A stretch of 64,000 nt of DNA from positions 20,745,101 to 20,809,100 of the forward strand of contig NC_134025.1 in assembly GCF_964204645.1 (NCBI RefSeq), read 5' to 3'. Positions within the stretch are counted from its first letter, which is position 1. Every line of letters starts with the position of its first letter. The stretch is from Tubulanus polymorphus (lineage: Eukaryota > Animalia > Nemertea). The translations under genes and the position numbers were made by a program. Positions 50,553 through 64,000 of this stretch are shown here, piece after piece. The notes under the pieces are model-generated. The model saw only the letters and a list, made by a program, of their open reading frames with translations. It did no database searches and was not told the DNA's origin.

Positions 50553-51696
50553 AACCGTTATACGTTTTGTACGAGTTATACGAATTTTGTTCGAGCTCTG
50601 ACAATAACCCACGTTTGATAGAAGTTCTATAGTCTCTTTTGATCAGCCAATGAGAAGAAAGCAGGTTAAACACACTGCATGCAGATCACAGGTGCTATTT
50701 CATTCGATAAAATCGACGATAGCTTCGCCCATCGGCTTTCCGCAATTAACAGATGATACCTTTTTGAATCAAAATAACCAGCGATTTTGTTTTCCATCAA
50801 ATTTTCATTTTCATTTTATTTACGTATGATTTTTTTCATTTTTGGTTAATTTTTAAAAAGCTATCTATAATGGAATAGATAGAAATTACAATTGATTATA
50901 TACAATAATAATTTTGAATTCATTGCAATTGATAACTTTCTCGAAAATGTTCCGCAATACGGCGTTTACATAAGATACATTCACAGCGGTTATGAATCAA
51001 AGTTGGCGACTAGACAAAAACGATTTGAATTCCATATTCGTCTTGAATTACAACTAAATTAGCGTTACAAAAGGACACGCGATACTTGGTTAATTGATAG
51101 TGGTTCGAGGCCCTTCAATTAATCTGAAGTAACCCGAACAATGTTCAAAACAATTCTACTGCAGATGTGACTCGATTCCAACTTGCTTTCATTAAAACAA
51201 TTCCTTCTTTTTGGCTAATTACGTTCGACCAGGTGTTGTGCAGTTATTTTGATTGTTTGTAACGACCCGCGCTGGCGTTATACTAGTTCGATCGTTGGAT
51301 CGGATGCTGAATTTGGATATGGTAGCATTTGAACTAAGACTTCGTATTCCGAGTTATAATGCCATTCATATGCATTCAATGTCCGTTATAACGCCGTAGT
51401 TTTTTAATGCCACTGCTCACTAAAACGGCCAAATTTTTAGCGAACAAAATTTTCTCAATCTGACACAAATTCGATGGTAATATCAGTATCTTTATGACGC
51501 CAAATAATTTCTACCGCCATGTCTTTCATTAGTCCCAACAGTTCAATTATAATGGACTTTAACTGTACAGTGTCACAAAGACATTTCAACAAACATCCGA
51601 GTTGATCGGATCCGACGAGCGGAGTAATGAACAATAAATAAACTAGTCTATATGTATATACATAATGATTCGAAATAATGGGCGTATTTTTATATT

Positions 51697-52242
51697 TCAC
51701 ATGTACCTAGTTGGTGTAGCGTATGGTGGTGCACCGGGTTCGGGCATCTTGCGCGCAGGCCGCCGTCTGCCATTGGCGTCCAGACGAGATAACGCCGGGT
51801 CGTCTGATTTCTTACCACCGTATTTAACCGACGGGCGTCTACTCGATGCGATAGCCTGCCTTTTGGCTACATCTATATCCGTTTTGTTGATAGTACTAAT
51901 CGATTCTGTCGATGATTTCCTTCGCTCTTGTGGCAGGACGGGTGTCGTCATCTTCTCGAATGCAAACTTTTCCATATCTCGTTGAGTTCTGGAACTTTCT
52001 CGCAAATTCAAGTGAGCCTTGTCGACATAATTGCTCAATTTGCGTCCGGTTAGAGTCGGGTTGTAATAATCCAGGCCTTTAGCCTGCAACGCGAACCGCT
52101 TTTGGTCCTTCTTTAAGTCCGCTCTTCCTTGGTGAAGGTTCTGCATTGCGCGTATCCTCTGACGATTCAATTTGTCGAGATCGGAGTCCAGTTCTTTCTT
52201 TCCTTTGAGGTTCATTCGGCTGTTTGCGTTGGTGTTAGTCAT
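51697..52242 (-). CDS. Uncharacterised basic protein, 181 aa, single coding exon
   Basis: Stop-free ORF with coding-like composition in AT-rich surroundings. Acceptor TTTTAAG| at 52272, 29 nt before the ATG. Candidate upstream non-coding exon donor GAG|GTAAGA at 53519. Confidence 0.7.
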   Translation of the reverse strand: MTNTNANSRMNLKGKKELDSDLDKLNRQRIRAMQNLHQGRADLKKDQKRFALQAKGLDYYNPTLTGRKLSNYVDKAHLNLRESSRTQRDMEKFAFEKMTTPVLPQERRKSSTESISTINKTDIDVAKRQAIASSRRPSVKYGGKKSDDPALSRLDANGRRRPARKMPEPGAPPYATPTRYM

Positions 52243-52964
52243 TATTGGAATGTACCCGTCTTGACAGATCCCTTAAAATGCAAAAAGGTTTTTGTTTGCA
52301 AGAATTGTTTTTCGCAGTCTTCTTTCAGCCGTGATATTTATATATTTGCTTTGGTAGGAAAGTGAATAGTCCAACTAAATCCTTAATGATCAGATCTTTA
52401 CAGATCTAAAAATAAGCTACAATTCCTGATCAGGACTATACAGTTAATGAAAAGGGTTCTTGTTGTCTTGCTATGGTCGGGCCAAATTTGGCCCGGGCCA
52501 AAACGCTCGTGTGATCGTGGATTAACTACCAACGGGTGATATCAGGATCCAGCTTCACAGTAGCAGGTGGCAAGTAACTGCTACCCTTTGTCGATCGATC
52601 GAGGGTTTAGAATGCTTATAGTTTCAATACACCAAAAAGTTAAAATGGAGATACGGTTCAATCATTCCTGGTAAAGATTCGTATTTTGACGTCCCTTAAT
52701 TTCCATGAATCTATATGAAGCGCTACGCGGAAGTATGTCCCAACCAAATAATGATGACATTTGGTAGCAGATTTTTCACGCATATTAATCTCAGTTAGAA
52801 TATATAATATTTTCAACTACATGTTGTATACTAACCTAATTCTGAACTTGGAACATTTTTAGGGTCCGAAGGGATCACTACATTTGTGCATATCGTTTTA
52901 GAACGATTAACATATCCGCGTACGTTCATAATGAAGAATTTTTGAACAACTGAAGAATTTGCAC

Positions 52965-53138
<174 letters not shown>

Positions 53139-53849
53139 TTGACATATTATACGTACATTCCGAATTAAAGATGAATGATTTTGAAATCGTTTAGGAAATA
53201 TTTAATCCCTTCGACGATCGCAAGTGTCACATAATATTTGCTTGGGTGGGAAAACAAATAAGCCTAATGTTCTAATGGTCAGAAAAACGCATATGCCCTG
53301 ATCAGGGCAAGGGAATAAATAAACATAAATCTAATGATAAAGGCCTACTGAATTTTAAGTCAAAAGAAATGAGAGAATCACGGTTAATGTCAATATGCAC
53401 GTATATTTGTTGGCATTCTGAGATATTAATTCATGCAGCGTCGATACGCTAGTTCTTGATTCGAATCAACGAAAGCCACCCGGGCATCTTTCCGATCTTC
53501 GACAATATTATATCTTACCTCAAAGATAATCGTCACTCAAGGAGTGACCTCTCGTTTTCCAAACGTTCTCAGGGTATTCCACTCGTTCCAACACTTAAGC
53601 TTGAAGTTGATTGCCTCGACACTTTATGTTTAAGTTTATATTTGATCGATGGTCCTCTCGAAAATTTCCCATGTATTTATTTTCCAAACTGTGATTTCTT
53701 TCAAGGGATTCGTAATGCAAAAATTGTCCGTCGGGTAAATAAATAGAGTAAATGTTCATGATATATGTTTGGTTAATATTTGAACTAATAACAAGCAATA
53801 ATTTTGGTCTTATACTAATTTGCATTAAGAAACAGAAGAATAATTTCGT

Positions 53850-54420
53850 ATTGTACACGGCATGACACTGGGTAGAGGGCAAATTGGTCGAAGTCCCTAC
53901 GAGAGAACTGCAGTTTTCTACATTAGTCTGAACTAATAATTGAACTCTTGTAATTACTTGTATTTCACAGTGTCTTGGAACTTGGTCCGAAGTACAGCGG
54001 CTGTCCTCAATCGCATGGTTCACTATTTTCGGACTAGTCCTGCTGACTGACATTACAAAATTCGCAAATAGTCGACTAACTACATACAAAAACTGAAGTA
54101 CATCCTGGCTGTTTACTCTTTGAACGTTGGATTTCCAATCCATTTTCTTTTCCAAAAGTGCACTTTTAATGGTCTTGGAATGGAAATACAGCCTTAATTT
54201 TAAGATCCGTTTCCAGCCAGCATTGCCTGCGGCTTTTTCGTGCTATAGTTGAAAATTAAAGCGTAACAGGCATTTTCAGCAGCAATTCTCTTGCAGGGGC
54301 TATTTCCCCTGCAATAGTTCAGCCAGAAATTGTGCAATAGCTTTGTTTTACCCAAAGCAGTTTTTCGAGTTATGGTACTCACACTTTTGTCGAAATCTTG
54401 AAAAAGATTTGCTATCATCC
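53850..54420 (-). mobile_element. Decayed LINE ORF2 C-terminal fragment
   Basis: Fragmentary peptides ENACYAL, NVQRV, SRTS and NLPS occur in the order expected for a CR1-type C-terminus; many disruptions. Confidence 0.35.
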
Positions 54421-54881
54421 ACTGTACAAGTTCTCCACTGATTGAGGTTAGCAGTCGTCTACAGCAATCTTAAACAACGTATCAACTAAACGATTTAATT
54501 AATGACTGCATTTTTATTCATGCATATATATCATAAATATAATAATATATATATATATAATATTCTTTATATCTCCAGATAACATTTCCCTAAATGAAAT
54601 GTATCGTTTTTTGTTTTTCCCTCGGCGGCCTGTTGCCGGAGTGACACAAACGGGCCATACACAATGATATGGGAAATATGACACAACTCTTTTGCGAAAT
54701 AGCCGAACATTGATAGGTATTGTAACATTCTCAATTCGACTAAACTGAAATATTTCACATATTCAACAACTCATTTATTCATGTGGTCAGGATCCAGTTC
54801 CGCAGTCGTGAATTCGACTCGAATTGGGTTCATTTATTGAAAAAAATAAAACAACTAATTATTCTTTCATACGTGGCTTAA

Positions 54882-55152
54882 CCCTTTCAGTGCGTCCACA
54901 CCGCAGTGCGGCGTATAAATCGGTGATGGATTTTGCTAGTACAACGAAAAGCTGTGTATTGATGTTATTAGTAATTAGTACTTATCTCTATTGAAAGATG
55001 GCAGCACCTGTCAAACATAGTGTCAGTAACTGACAATACACCGCACTGCAGTGTAGATTCACTGTAGTGGTATGCCCACTATTCAACACACCAAAAATTT
55101 TTTCAAATCATCTCCAGTTCTTTCGGGTATCAATTAGTCGGCACAGAAAGGG
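54882..55152. mobile_element. piggyBac-like MITE nested in a Harbinger-like MITE (about 54788-55185)
   Basis: TTAA|CCCTTTCAGTGC...GCACAGAAAGGG|TTAG. Outer inverted ends GGATCCAGT and ACTGGATCC. Confidence 0.75.
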
Positions 55153-55945
55153 TTAGACTACCAGCTGCACGTAGTACTGGATCCCGATTAGAAAGCTTTC
55201 TTCTGAAATATTTCGGCATCATAAAAAAGAACAGATTTGCTTACTTAATTCTACAACATTAGTCTAGGTAAATTCATCAGGGAAATTGCAGTAGCGCTCC
55301 TAGCAAGCACCTTGGAATGAAGAATATACATTTACAACCCCAAATTATCATACAGAGCAAAAAAAATTCCAGAGATAAACTTGACAATCACTTTAAACAC
55401 TCAACACAGCTGAATTAACGCATGACATACTTTCATAATCCTTCTTTCATGTTTTTTAACCGTTTATTTACAGAAACATATCGAGAACTAACCACCAAGA
55501 AAACCATCTAGAAATTATCAACGTCATCAACGAAAACTACCATCATCCGTCCGCTTGACACGCGGATATTTGAACGAGAAATTTCGCGAGCACGGCGAGA
55601 CCCGACATCACCCGATTCATGTAACAATCGACCGTTTCTGCCAGGATACACGCCGCAATTGTAGCAGTTGTTTCAACGCTTTCGTCGAAAAAACGTTGTA
55701 TCGCGCTTAGTTGATCCGTAGAAAAATGCGGAAACGACGATGATCCGGTGTATGAACCCAGAAAACTCCAATTTGTACGCTAGCCCAGATGATTAAAGAA
55801 TATTTATCCTTTTCGTCCACACTCATTTGGCCCATACACGCGTTTCACATTATCGCAATGTAATTTTTTTAAGTTGAACTCCATTCCGAGAATGCGGCAC
55901 GGCTTCGAAATTGTCTATTGTCATAATTTAGAGGCATTCCGCTAT

Positions 55946-58900
55946 TCACACAACTCCCGGTGATTTTATGGCTTTCTTTTGCGACATGTTGATCTTATCT
56001 CCGAGACTGAGAGCCATTCCCTGAAAAAAAGAACACACACAAATACATCAATACATGGCACACCAAATGGATTTTTCTTTTTTATACAACCATTGATTTA
56101 ATCCAGTTATAATGAATAGCCTTTTTAATAGAATACTTAGAATTAGAATATTTAATTTCAATGTTGTAATGTACTATACAGTATAAAGTTAATAGTATAT
56201 AGTAAAGTATAATAGTGTTATACCAGTGCTCGATACCAAAATATTCTGAGAACTAATAAGCCAAATCTAATTTCAAATTCAATGAAAAAGCCATTTTCTC
56301 GCCAAATTTGATAAATGCCACGTTTTGTTCATTCTCAATGAACTAAAACTATATATAATAGAAACCATGTCAGACAGCAGTCAATGGCAATTCTAAAACC
56401 CAAGTCAAATTATTGTTTAATAAAGGTAGTTAACTCTGTAATGTCTGGTCTATCAATATTTCAGCGAGTTGACCAGTTTGAGAATCCAAGTAGAAGGATT
56501 TTCAAAATGAATTTTAGCGAAATTCACCAACTCGAGGAATGTTTACTGAGATGACTGGTTCTAAGTAAGCCGGAATAAGTCTACGACTATAACAGGATTG
56601 ACTGCAAGCAAAATGTGATGTAATACTGATATTTACCTGACTTTTTGCTCTAATTCTGATGTGTCCGGTAACTGGTGCATCAGGTCCCAAATGTATCGGC
56701 TTCTCAATGCTCACATTAGCTAAGGCATCCTCTCCGAATATACTCTTGGCATACAGGTTGGCAGCCATGAACCCACAATCTCCTGATATCGCCTAGAAAT
56801 AGAAACATCCAATAGAAATAACTCATCTGAAAAGTTTGCCATAACGGGGTTCATCGTGCCACTGCTGATAGAAATTAACTGCCATTCACCGCCTATGTCA
56901 CGCCAAATTCACTGCCAACTGCAGGTGACCCAAAACAACAGTTTAATATGGCAATGTCTAGTGGGGAACCAGCACACCAGACTTGACTACAGTCGGTTTA
57001 AATTCCAAATTCATTTTAAATTTGTAATTAGTTCATTTTCAATCTATTTTTTCTCTAGGCTCACAAATCCCAAATATCTATATATCCAAATATGTATCCA
57101 AAGCACGAGCCTCACGACGCTGAACACGCACAAAATCCATCTATCAACATAGACAATGATGTAAAAATAATAGAAAATCCCTTTACTGCAGAACTCCCTT
57201 TAGAATTTAAAATGATGCCTTTAGATTTTGAAAGTTCTGATTACCAGATGAAAAATGAATTTTTATGACTTGCAAAATATTTCGCCACAAAAGCCAAATA
57301 GCAGTATACTAATAATAGTGACCCGATGATGGAATTTTTTGGATGGAAAAAATGATCACGAAAAAAGCAAACTGAAACAAAAATAAAGTAGGCAGAAATG
57401 GAAAACGGTCTCTTCGTACCTTCTCCGGAGTCAGACATTTCATGTTGGTCGATCTGATAAGGTGTTGCAGATATTCGGCGAGATCGCTAACGTTAGTGTT
57501 TACGGACACTTTGTTCTCCCATTCGAACTCCGCCCACATCTGTCTGAACTCGACGTCCGTACACGACGCGGGAACGATGTAATCCATTATATCTATGTGT
57601 ATATCATTGAGCACGACGCAGTTTCTGTCACTAGCTGATCCGCTTACGTCGTATACTGCGAAAATATCATGAATTAACTTTCGTTAACAACAACATATTT
57701 CAGGGCTATCGAAATCGGACGCACTCGCTCGACAGTGACGGCATAGGTAAACCAAAAAATATGAGAAAAAGAGTTGATTTCCGCGAACAACAATGGTCGC
57801 TAGTCGGTCATTTTGCAGGGATGAGAACGCCGACCTGTAAAATCCGCGGGTTATTTTTCTTGAGTGACATACGCGAACCAGCTGACGGCGAAGCTATTTG
57901 GGGGGGTTTTGAAATAAAATAAGTTTTCCGAGCACTTAGAGTGATCTTGAACCCATGAACGACTATTTTATTTTGGAAGGTAATGGCTAGTTCCAATGTG
58001 GTACATCCTCATTTGATGACATTCAGCATCTCATGCATTACGGGTCGAGCCCTGAATTATTGCAGTAAAAATGCGCCGATGAATGCTCACTAAAAATCAT
58101 CACCAAGTAGTGTATATTATCCGAAGGCGTTCTCCACACACACGCAGCAACAGTAAGTAGACCTATATACGTTACTACTGTTGCTGTGCGTGCGTGTCTG
58201 CAACCGATCGATAAAATACATACACACTCATCGTAGTACAAATGTACATACAAAATCACTGTGTTGCAATGAATATGCATTGAAATGCGATACTTTTATG
58301 TGACGATAAGTAAAACAGGCACTGAACAGGCTTTTACGGTTCACCTGATTACCGATTGCGCCGGACCAATTGAGTGAGATCATCACCCCCCATACTTTTA
58401 CATCATTTTTGGACTATTTGGAAAATTGATATTTTTCAATACTGAAATCCGCGGGAAACCGCGGATCCGCGGGGAATTCTCATCCCTGATTTTGATTCTG
58501 ATCAGGACAGTTTCTAGGCTGCACATGTATTTCCACTTACCGATATTACCAAAGATGATGCCATTTTCTGTTGAGGCCACCTTTACACTAGCTTTAATGT
58601 TACAGAAATCATGAGGTGCCATCACTACAGGCTGCGGTTTCTCAACGAGTTTCAAATCACCTGCAAAAATTGAAAATTTGAAAGTTTTCCTATAATCAGA
58701 CTCGGTAGAGCAGGGTTATAAAACTATGTAAAGTAAACTTTTCCGTACTAAGCGCAGTAAATATTTCATCGAGTTGAGAATCAGGGAAGATTAAGCTTTT
58801 TTGGGAAACATCTGTAGACTCTATTGATTTAGATAGTGGTAATACATAGGGGTCCTAGGACACCATATTAATTGTGAAATGCCAAACAATTCCATAAATT

Positions 58901-60588
58901 CAATAGTTAACAAACCTGGGGCCAGTTGCTCAAAAAATGGTTAAAGACAACTGGCGGATATATACCATAGCAACAATGATATTTCAATTGTCACTATGTC
59001 AACTATCCACTGATTAACTGTAACCAACTTTTGAGCAACTGGCCCCTGGTCAACATAAACGGAAACCAATGACATTGACTGTAGGTGACAGTGCCAAGAA
59101 TTTGTTTGCTATAGATGTGTCTATGGTTGACATACATAAACCAAATATTAAGATGATACACCAAAGAGCGTTTTGAAAACCTTGCTGCCAATGGGCCAGA
59201 AACAGTTGAAACAGGGACACTGCACATTGTTTCCAGGGGCAATCCCCAAATACGATCAGGAATAGTTAAGACATAAGAATCATTGACGTTACTGGTTTAC
59301 TGGTAGCAACATCTCTGCGGTAAATTTAACTAACCACACGGGACCATAATCTGCGTTACGCAGCAACTCACATACCTAAAGTAGCTAATTCTAACGTCAG
59401 ATTCTGTAAAGTGTCCGATGTTTGATTGACGATTAGCACATCGAGTACGATATCGTATTGGTTGACATGCACGTACGCTTCGGCGTAAACCGGATCGGAA
59501 AATCCAGTCAATTGCGTAACCTTGTTCAGTTTCGACGACGTAGTGAAATCAGCGTCTTTCTTCGCCGACGTGCCGAGGGCTTGGGACAGCGTCAGCTCGA
59601 ACATGTTTTCTGTAAGACCCATGTCGTTTTTGTTGGCCAATTGCAAGAAGCTAATCGGGTCGTCGGGTTGGATACGGATTTGACGTTTCTCACTGGTTTG
59701 CTGAAAATATAAACGTGATCATTATCTTTCAATGTAATCCTCTAACTTGAAAAGGGCAGAACACGTTATTACGAATCAAACTCTAAATCCAGTAAGACGT
59801 TGTAAAATGTGATATAAAACCCCACACTTAGAATCAAGAGTCCGAGATTTCTACATATTTCAGATGAATCCTAGGGCCTAGGGCTGTGTGAAATGTTACC
59901 AGGATTTTCCGCATTTAATCATGTGAAGTGATAACAACGTAAGCAATTACTGATCACAATCTGGCCTCATCAAAATCAAATTTCATTAACTTTAACACAA
60001 GCTAATGCGTAGATTATGAGCTCCACAGTATAGGGCATCATAAAAAGGGGATCCAAATATTACGATGGACACTTTTCAAATTTTTCACAGATTTTTCAGA
60101 TTATTTGACAATTTTTCGCCCAAAAATCCATTTTCGCAAAAAAAATAGAGAAACAATTTTCGCTAAAATATCGTTGCAGCTGCAGTTACCACCACGCCTT
60201 TGAACATCGGCTTACCTTTGCAGTTTCGCTGTCCTCTTTAGCCTTCGCTGTGATCATGTTCGACAGCGCTTGTCGACAGAAATCGTTGAACACGTGGTTC
60301 ATCATTTCGCTTCGTTCCGACAAAACGCGCAGACATAACGATATGCGATCGACGTCGTCATCGGTGATCGGTTTTTCGGGCAAACCGGATTTGCCGAGGT
60401 GAAGTATCGTTGACATGATCAACATCGCTTCGGCGGCGAATGCCTGAAAACATACATACGTAGGATTTATACGACATAATCAACCTGTTTGCTCCTCGAT
60501 AATTGTGTACGCCCCGTACCAGATGACGTTAGCTTATTTTAAAACAACACTGAAGTGATTAAAATTTAGAGAATGAAAACATAACAAA

Positions 60589-60623
<35 letters not shown>

Positions 60624-63114
60624 TATATATATATATATATATTTTGATGATGCATGAATGTGGTGACACCTGTACAGCTGTATATGAACTATAATGCAAG
60701 CAGTCTTCTGCTAATCATTTAACACCTATGTACTGCGTACTAGCATGCTGTGGTGTACTAGCCCACTTTTACAGGTCGTATACAGCCAACCGAAATATCG
60801 GTCGCAATGGTATACAATAGGCAAAATTAGTGACCGAAACTTCAGTTGTTATTGGTATTCAACAGGTTAGGGTTATATGCCGTAATGAAGAAGGTAGCAT
60901 GAAGTAGGTACTACTTATTCGTGACGGTAAATTCAATTACATTTTACAAACCACCATTGATAAAAACACTATATCCGTGTTGTGACGATAAATTAACTAG
61001 CTAGTAGTTTATTCGACGTTTCGACTATATTCCTGAAGATGACAAATAGAATATAGTCGAAACTTCGAATAAACTAATTTTCGGACTTTGTCTTTCATCG
61101 TCATTGTGGGATTCTCGTTATTTTTGGCTCCATAAACATCTTCTATTGGGATCAAATATTGGCTAACGGACAGGTGTTCTAAATTCAACTTTCATTGTCA
61201 GACGTTGAAAATTCAACTACTGTCAAAGGATTAATTAGTCTGAGGGCTAGTCAGACCGAGGTTGTTTCATGTTAACCTGCGTTGAGTAGCGACGTAGTGA
61301 GCCACATTTTCTAACATGCAACTGGATCGTAGATCCGGAAAATCCGGAGAATTAGAAATTTTATACTCACATTTTGTCTTTTTGGATTGTCAGTGATGGA
61401 TATGTATTTGAATGCTAACTTTGTCAACGTGGTGGCCAGTGATGCACCAACAAAGAAGTCTCCATCCATCAAGTGCTGTCGCAGGGTTGGTCTGAAATGA
61501 ATCCATCGATCAAATCTCAAATTGTGAATAGTAAACAAATGGGGAAACTCGGACGTGCCATATGTACATTCTACCAAAGCTAAAACCTTCATATCGACCG
61601 ATTTTGACTAAACAACGAACAAATATGTTGTGTTGTATAAAAACAACATACATAATTTGCCCAATATTCTAGCAATACCAGTTACATGTTAGCTTGCCCC
61701 GACAGTTCTTTTTCAAAAGTTAAGTACCCTTCAAAGGTAGGACCCATAATACATAATCATCATCATTCTTGATGTGCTAGTTTATGCCACAGTGCAATCA
61801 TTTAGTAACTGTATTCCCCAATTCCAATCGACAGACCTACAATTTGGGAACACAGACAAGTGCTGAGCAAATAAAGTAACTTATAGATTAAATGCGGTCT
61901 AAGCCACCTTCGAAAAATTTTATCAGTTTCATAGATGCCTTTAAAGTAAGATAGCTCTCACCTTTCCTCGGATTTTTTGGCAGGTGTAACTGTACTGAAG
62001 ACACTTTGTGTAGCATATGTACCATCAGCAGTGACAAGTTTCTTTACACCTGAGGTTTCACTCATCAAGGGATCCTCTGTAAAATCAATGCAAATATCGT
62101 AATTAAAAGGTGGTTGGTGAAAATACGAAATACAGCACAGTCTCCAATAGAGTCTCCAGCAGAATAAACCGCTTGTATCACATTAGAAATCTATTGCTTC
62201 CTATTGAGTGCTGAAAGTTTTACAGGAAATTAATTTTGGCCAATTCGATTGAATTATTCTATTTAGAGTTCCTGAACAGAGCAGAGGTAAACCCAGCGCA
62301 ACTAGGAGCATAGTCTTGCTTAACATTTGGCAATTACACCAGCTCTGACCACACTGAGTAATAGTGAGTCGGATCTGTAGGGATCTAATGTATAAAAGTA
62401 CACTTACCTTCAACAGTTTCTCCCGCTGCTTTCTTCATTTCGTCATCAACAATTGGTATCTGAAACCGAAAAATTATTGAATCATTATCGCGTACTACAA
62501 GAAATAGAAGGCTGCAGCTTAGACTTTCGACATGTACACACCTCCCCAAGAGACTGTCGGATCAATAACATCACATTCTGGATATTTTCCGACGACGAAC
62601 AATATTCACCGAGGATCCACAATCCAGCGCGGAAAATTCTGTCGTGAAATGAGACATGAAAATGACAGGTTAATGAAAATCAAGTAAGTCACAATTAAAT
62701 TAACTTAATTCCTGGGCCCGGTTTCATAGACCGGTATCAAAGTTATCCCTACGGATAACTCCTAAATCAGGGTAACAACCACCATAGTAACAATGAGAAA
62801 CCATGTCCATGGTTATAACTGACAAATTTCAAAATGTTCCCAGGGACTATTTTGCTTCCACATCTTTGAAACCCAGTTCTGAAGAATAACGGATTTACTT
62901 CATATTCAAAGTAACTCCTTAGGTCAGTCGTGACTTACGATGCGCCTTATGAAATCTAAGAAACGTACTTGATTGCTTTTATGGTCGGGAAAACGTCCAA
63001 CAGTTTGCTGATTATCAGAGGTCGAAGGTTCTCGAATCGTTGTATCGCTTCTCGTATGAACACAAGCACATCTGCAGCAGCCAGTTCATTAGTGTCACTC
63101 AAGAACTCAGTCAA
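55946..63114 (-). CDS. COPB1: Coatomer subunit beta, 3' part (11 exons; upstream exons lie beyond the window)
   Basis: Exons 63114-62969, 62638-62542, 62459-62408, 62076-61962, 61491-61371, 60443-60216, 59700-59376, 58660-58541, 57655-57420, 56792-56637, 56020-55946, all GT-AG and in phase. Motifs [94 protein letters not shown]. Confidence 0.97.
57816..58488. mobile_element. hAT-like MITE with a 6-bp TSD in a COPB1 intron
   Basis: CAGGGATGAGAA...TTCTCATCCCTG with subterminal ATCCGCGG repeats. ATTTTG at 57810-57815 and 58489-58494. Confidence 0.82.
58919..59045. mobile_element. PIF/Harbinger-like MITE
   Basis: GGGCCAGTTGCTCAAAA...TTTTGAGCAACTGGCCC with a 3-bp CTG duplication. Confidence 0.82.
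60965..61122. mobile_element. Palindromic Penelope-terminus mini-element with a decayed hammerhead (61028-61071, +) in a COPB1 intron
   Basis: TATTC-CTGAAGA-T-GAC...GTC-GAAA-CT-TC-GAATA, preceded by an inverted half copy TTTATTCGACGTTTCGACTATATTC, with family tail segments on both sides. Confidence 0.75.
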
Positions 63115-63395
63115 CTGTAATGAGAGAACGCATATTTTTGTACTGTAAACTCCTAAATGGATAATCGCTTCGGTTCAGTGATTATTGTTTCGAGTTAGGC
63201 GAAAATTCATGTCAGACAATTGAAATTGAATTGATATTTCACTCTTAAAATTGTGTTCAAACTTAGCGACAATTATTTGAACCCGGAGTCTGAAAGGATA
63301 AAAGTAACCGCGTAAGAGTCAACAACTGTAATTCTAATTAGATGACAGCGATGAATACAAAACAGCAAAATATTCTTATCGAATGTCTTAATATA

Positions 63396-64000
63396 CAGGG
63401 TGTCCCATTAATTACTATACATAAAGAACTGCCTGTATCCTTCACATTTCTCAATGAAATGTTTTGATTTTCCACCAAATGATAGAAGGTAAGGGTACTT
63501 TTGGATTATTACCGTGGTTGCTATGGTAATTTGCTTAGTGATTTCGTAGCAACTGATTACATTGTTGTAGTGATTTTTGGTATTTCTGAATTAGAATAAA
63601 ACACTACTAAACCATGTCTATGTCTCTGGAAGAAAAAACCTACATAGTATGCTGGTGGTATGAGAATAAATCTGTCTCAAAGTTGTTAAGAAGATTCAAA
63701 GTCAAGTTTAACACTAAAACAGCTCCGACCAGAAAAGCAGTGTATGACCTGATAAAGAAATTCGAAGAGAATGGCTCAGTTGAAGACCAAAGAAAGAAGA
63801 ATGGGAAACCTAAACACTCCACCTCAGGCGAATCTATTGAGAAAGTTAGAGTTGCAGTGGACGATAACCCCTATAAATCTGTTAGAAGAATTTCATCAGA
63901 AACAGGAATAAGCAGATCATCAATCCACAGAATTATGGTCAATGAACTGGTTCTCTATCCATACAAAATTCAAATCAGACAGCGAGTGAGAGATAAGGAC
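63396..64000 (+). mobile_element. Tc1/mariner-superfamily DNA transposon (left end), inserted in a COPB1 intron
   Basis: TA|CAGGGTGTCCCA terminus followed by a transposase ORF. Confidence 0.88.
63614..64000 (+). CDS. Tc1/mariner transposase N-terminus (DUF4817-like HTH, rosa/DD41D-like), 3'-partial
   Basis: 129 stop-free codons reaching the window edge: MSMSLEEKTYIV...RRFKVKFN..APTRKAVYDLIKKFEENGSVED...PYKSVRRISSETGISRSSIHRI..LVLYPYKIQIRQ. Not in the supplied ORF track because it has no stop codon inside the window. Confidence 0.88.
   Translation, partial: MSMSLEEKTYIVCWWYENKSVSKLLRRFKVKFNTKTAPTRKAVYDLIKKFEENGSVEDQRKKNGKPKHSTSGESIEKVRVAVDDNPYKSVRRISSETGISRSSIHRIMVNELVLYPYKIQIRQRVRDKD

Noticed and set aside
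53595-54155. 186-aa minus-strand ORF as a host gene
   Set aside because: Non-ATG start and no splice context; better explained as decayed LINE sequence.

Overview
AT-rich, intron-containing animal genomic DNA; the gene and transposon content suggests a marine invertebrate (inference). Host genes: an achaete-scute class b bHLH gene (minus strand, with a predicted non-coding first exon and promoter near 22.5-22.7 kb); a 4-coding-exon PLAC8/cornifelin-family gene (plus); a probable 12-exon secreted CAP-ShKT-kringle-kringle gene (minus); a single-coding-exon 181-aa basic protein of unknown function (minus); and the last 11 exons of coatomer beta, COPB1 (minus). Mobile DNA: a young L2/CR1-group LINE with a CCHC+esterase ORF1 and an in-frame endonuclease deletion, several LINE 3' fragments, Penelope-like (GIY-YIG) remnants, an uninterrupted 5' part of a Tc1/mariner transposase inside a COPB1 intron, and many MITEs, some with unusual 5- and 6-bp target duplications. 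The most striking non-coding signal is a dispersed set of short, often palindromic Penelope-derived elements carrying minimal type I hammerhead ribozyme motifs, two with a compensatory U3-A8 core pair. All calls were made by eye from the sequence; nothing was searched or folded computationally.
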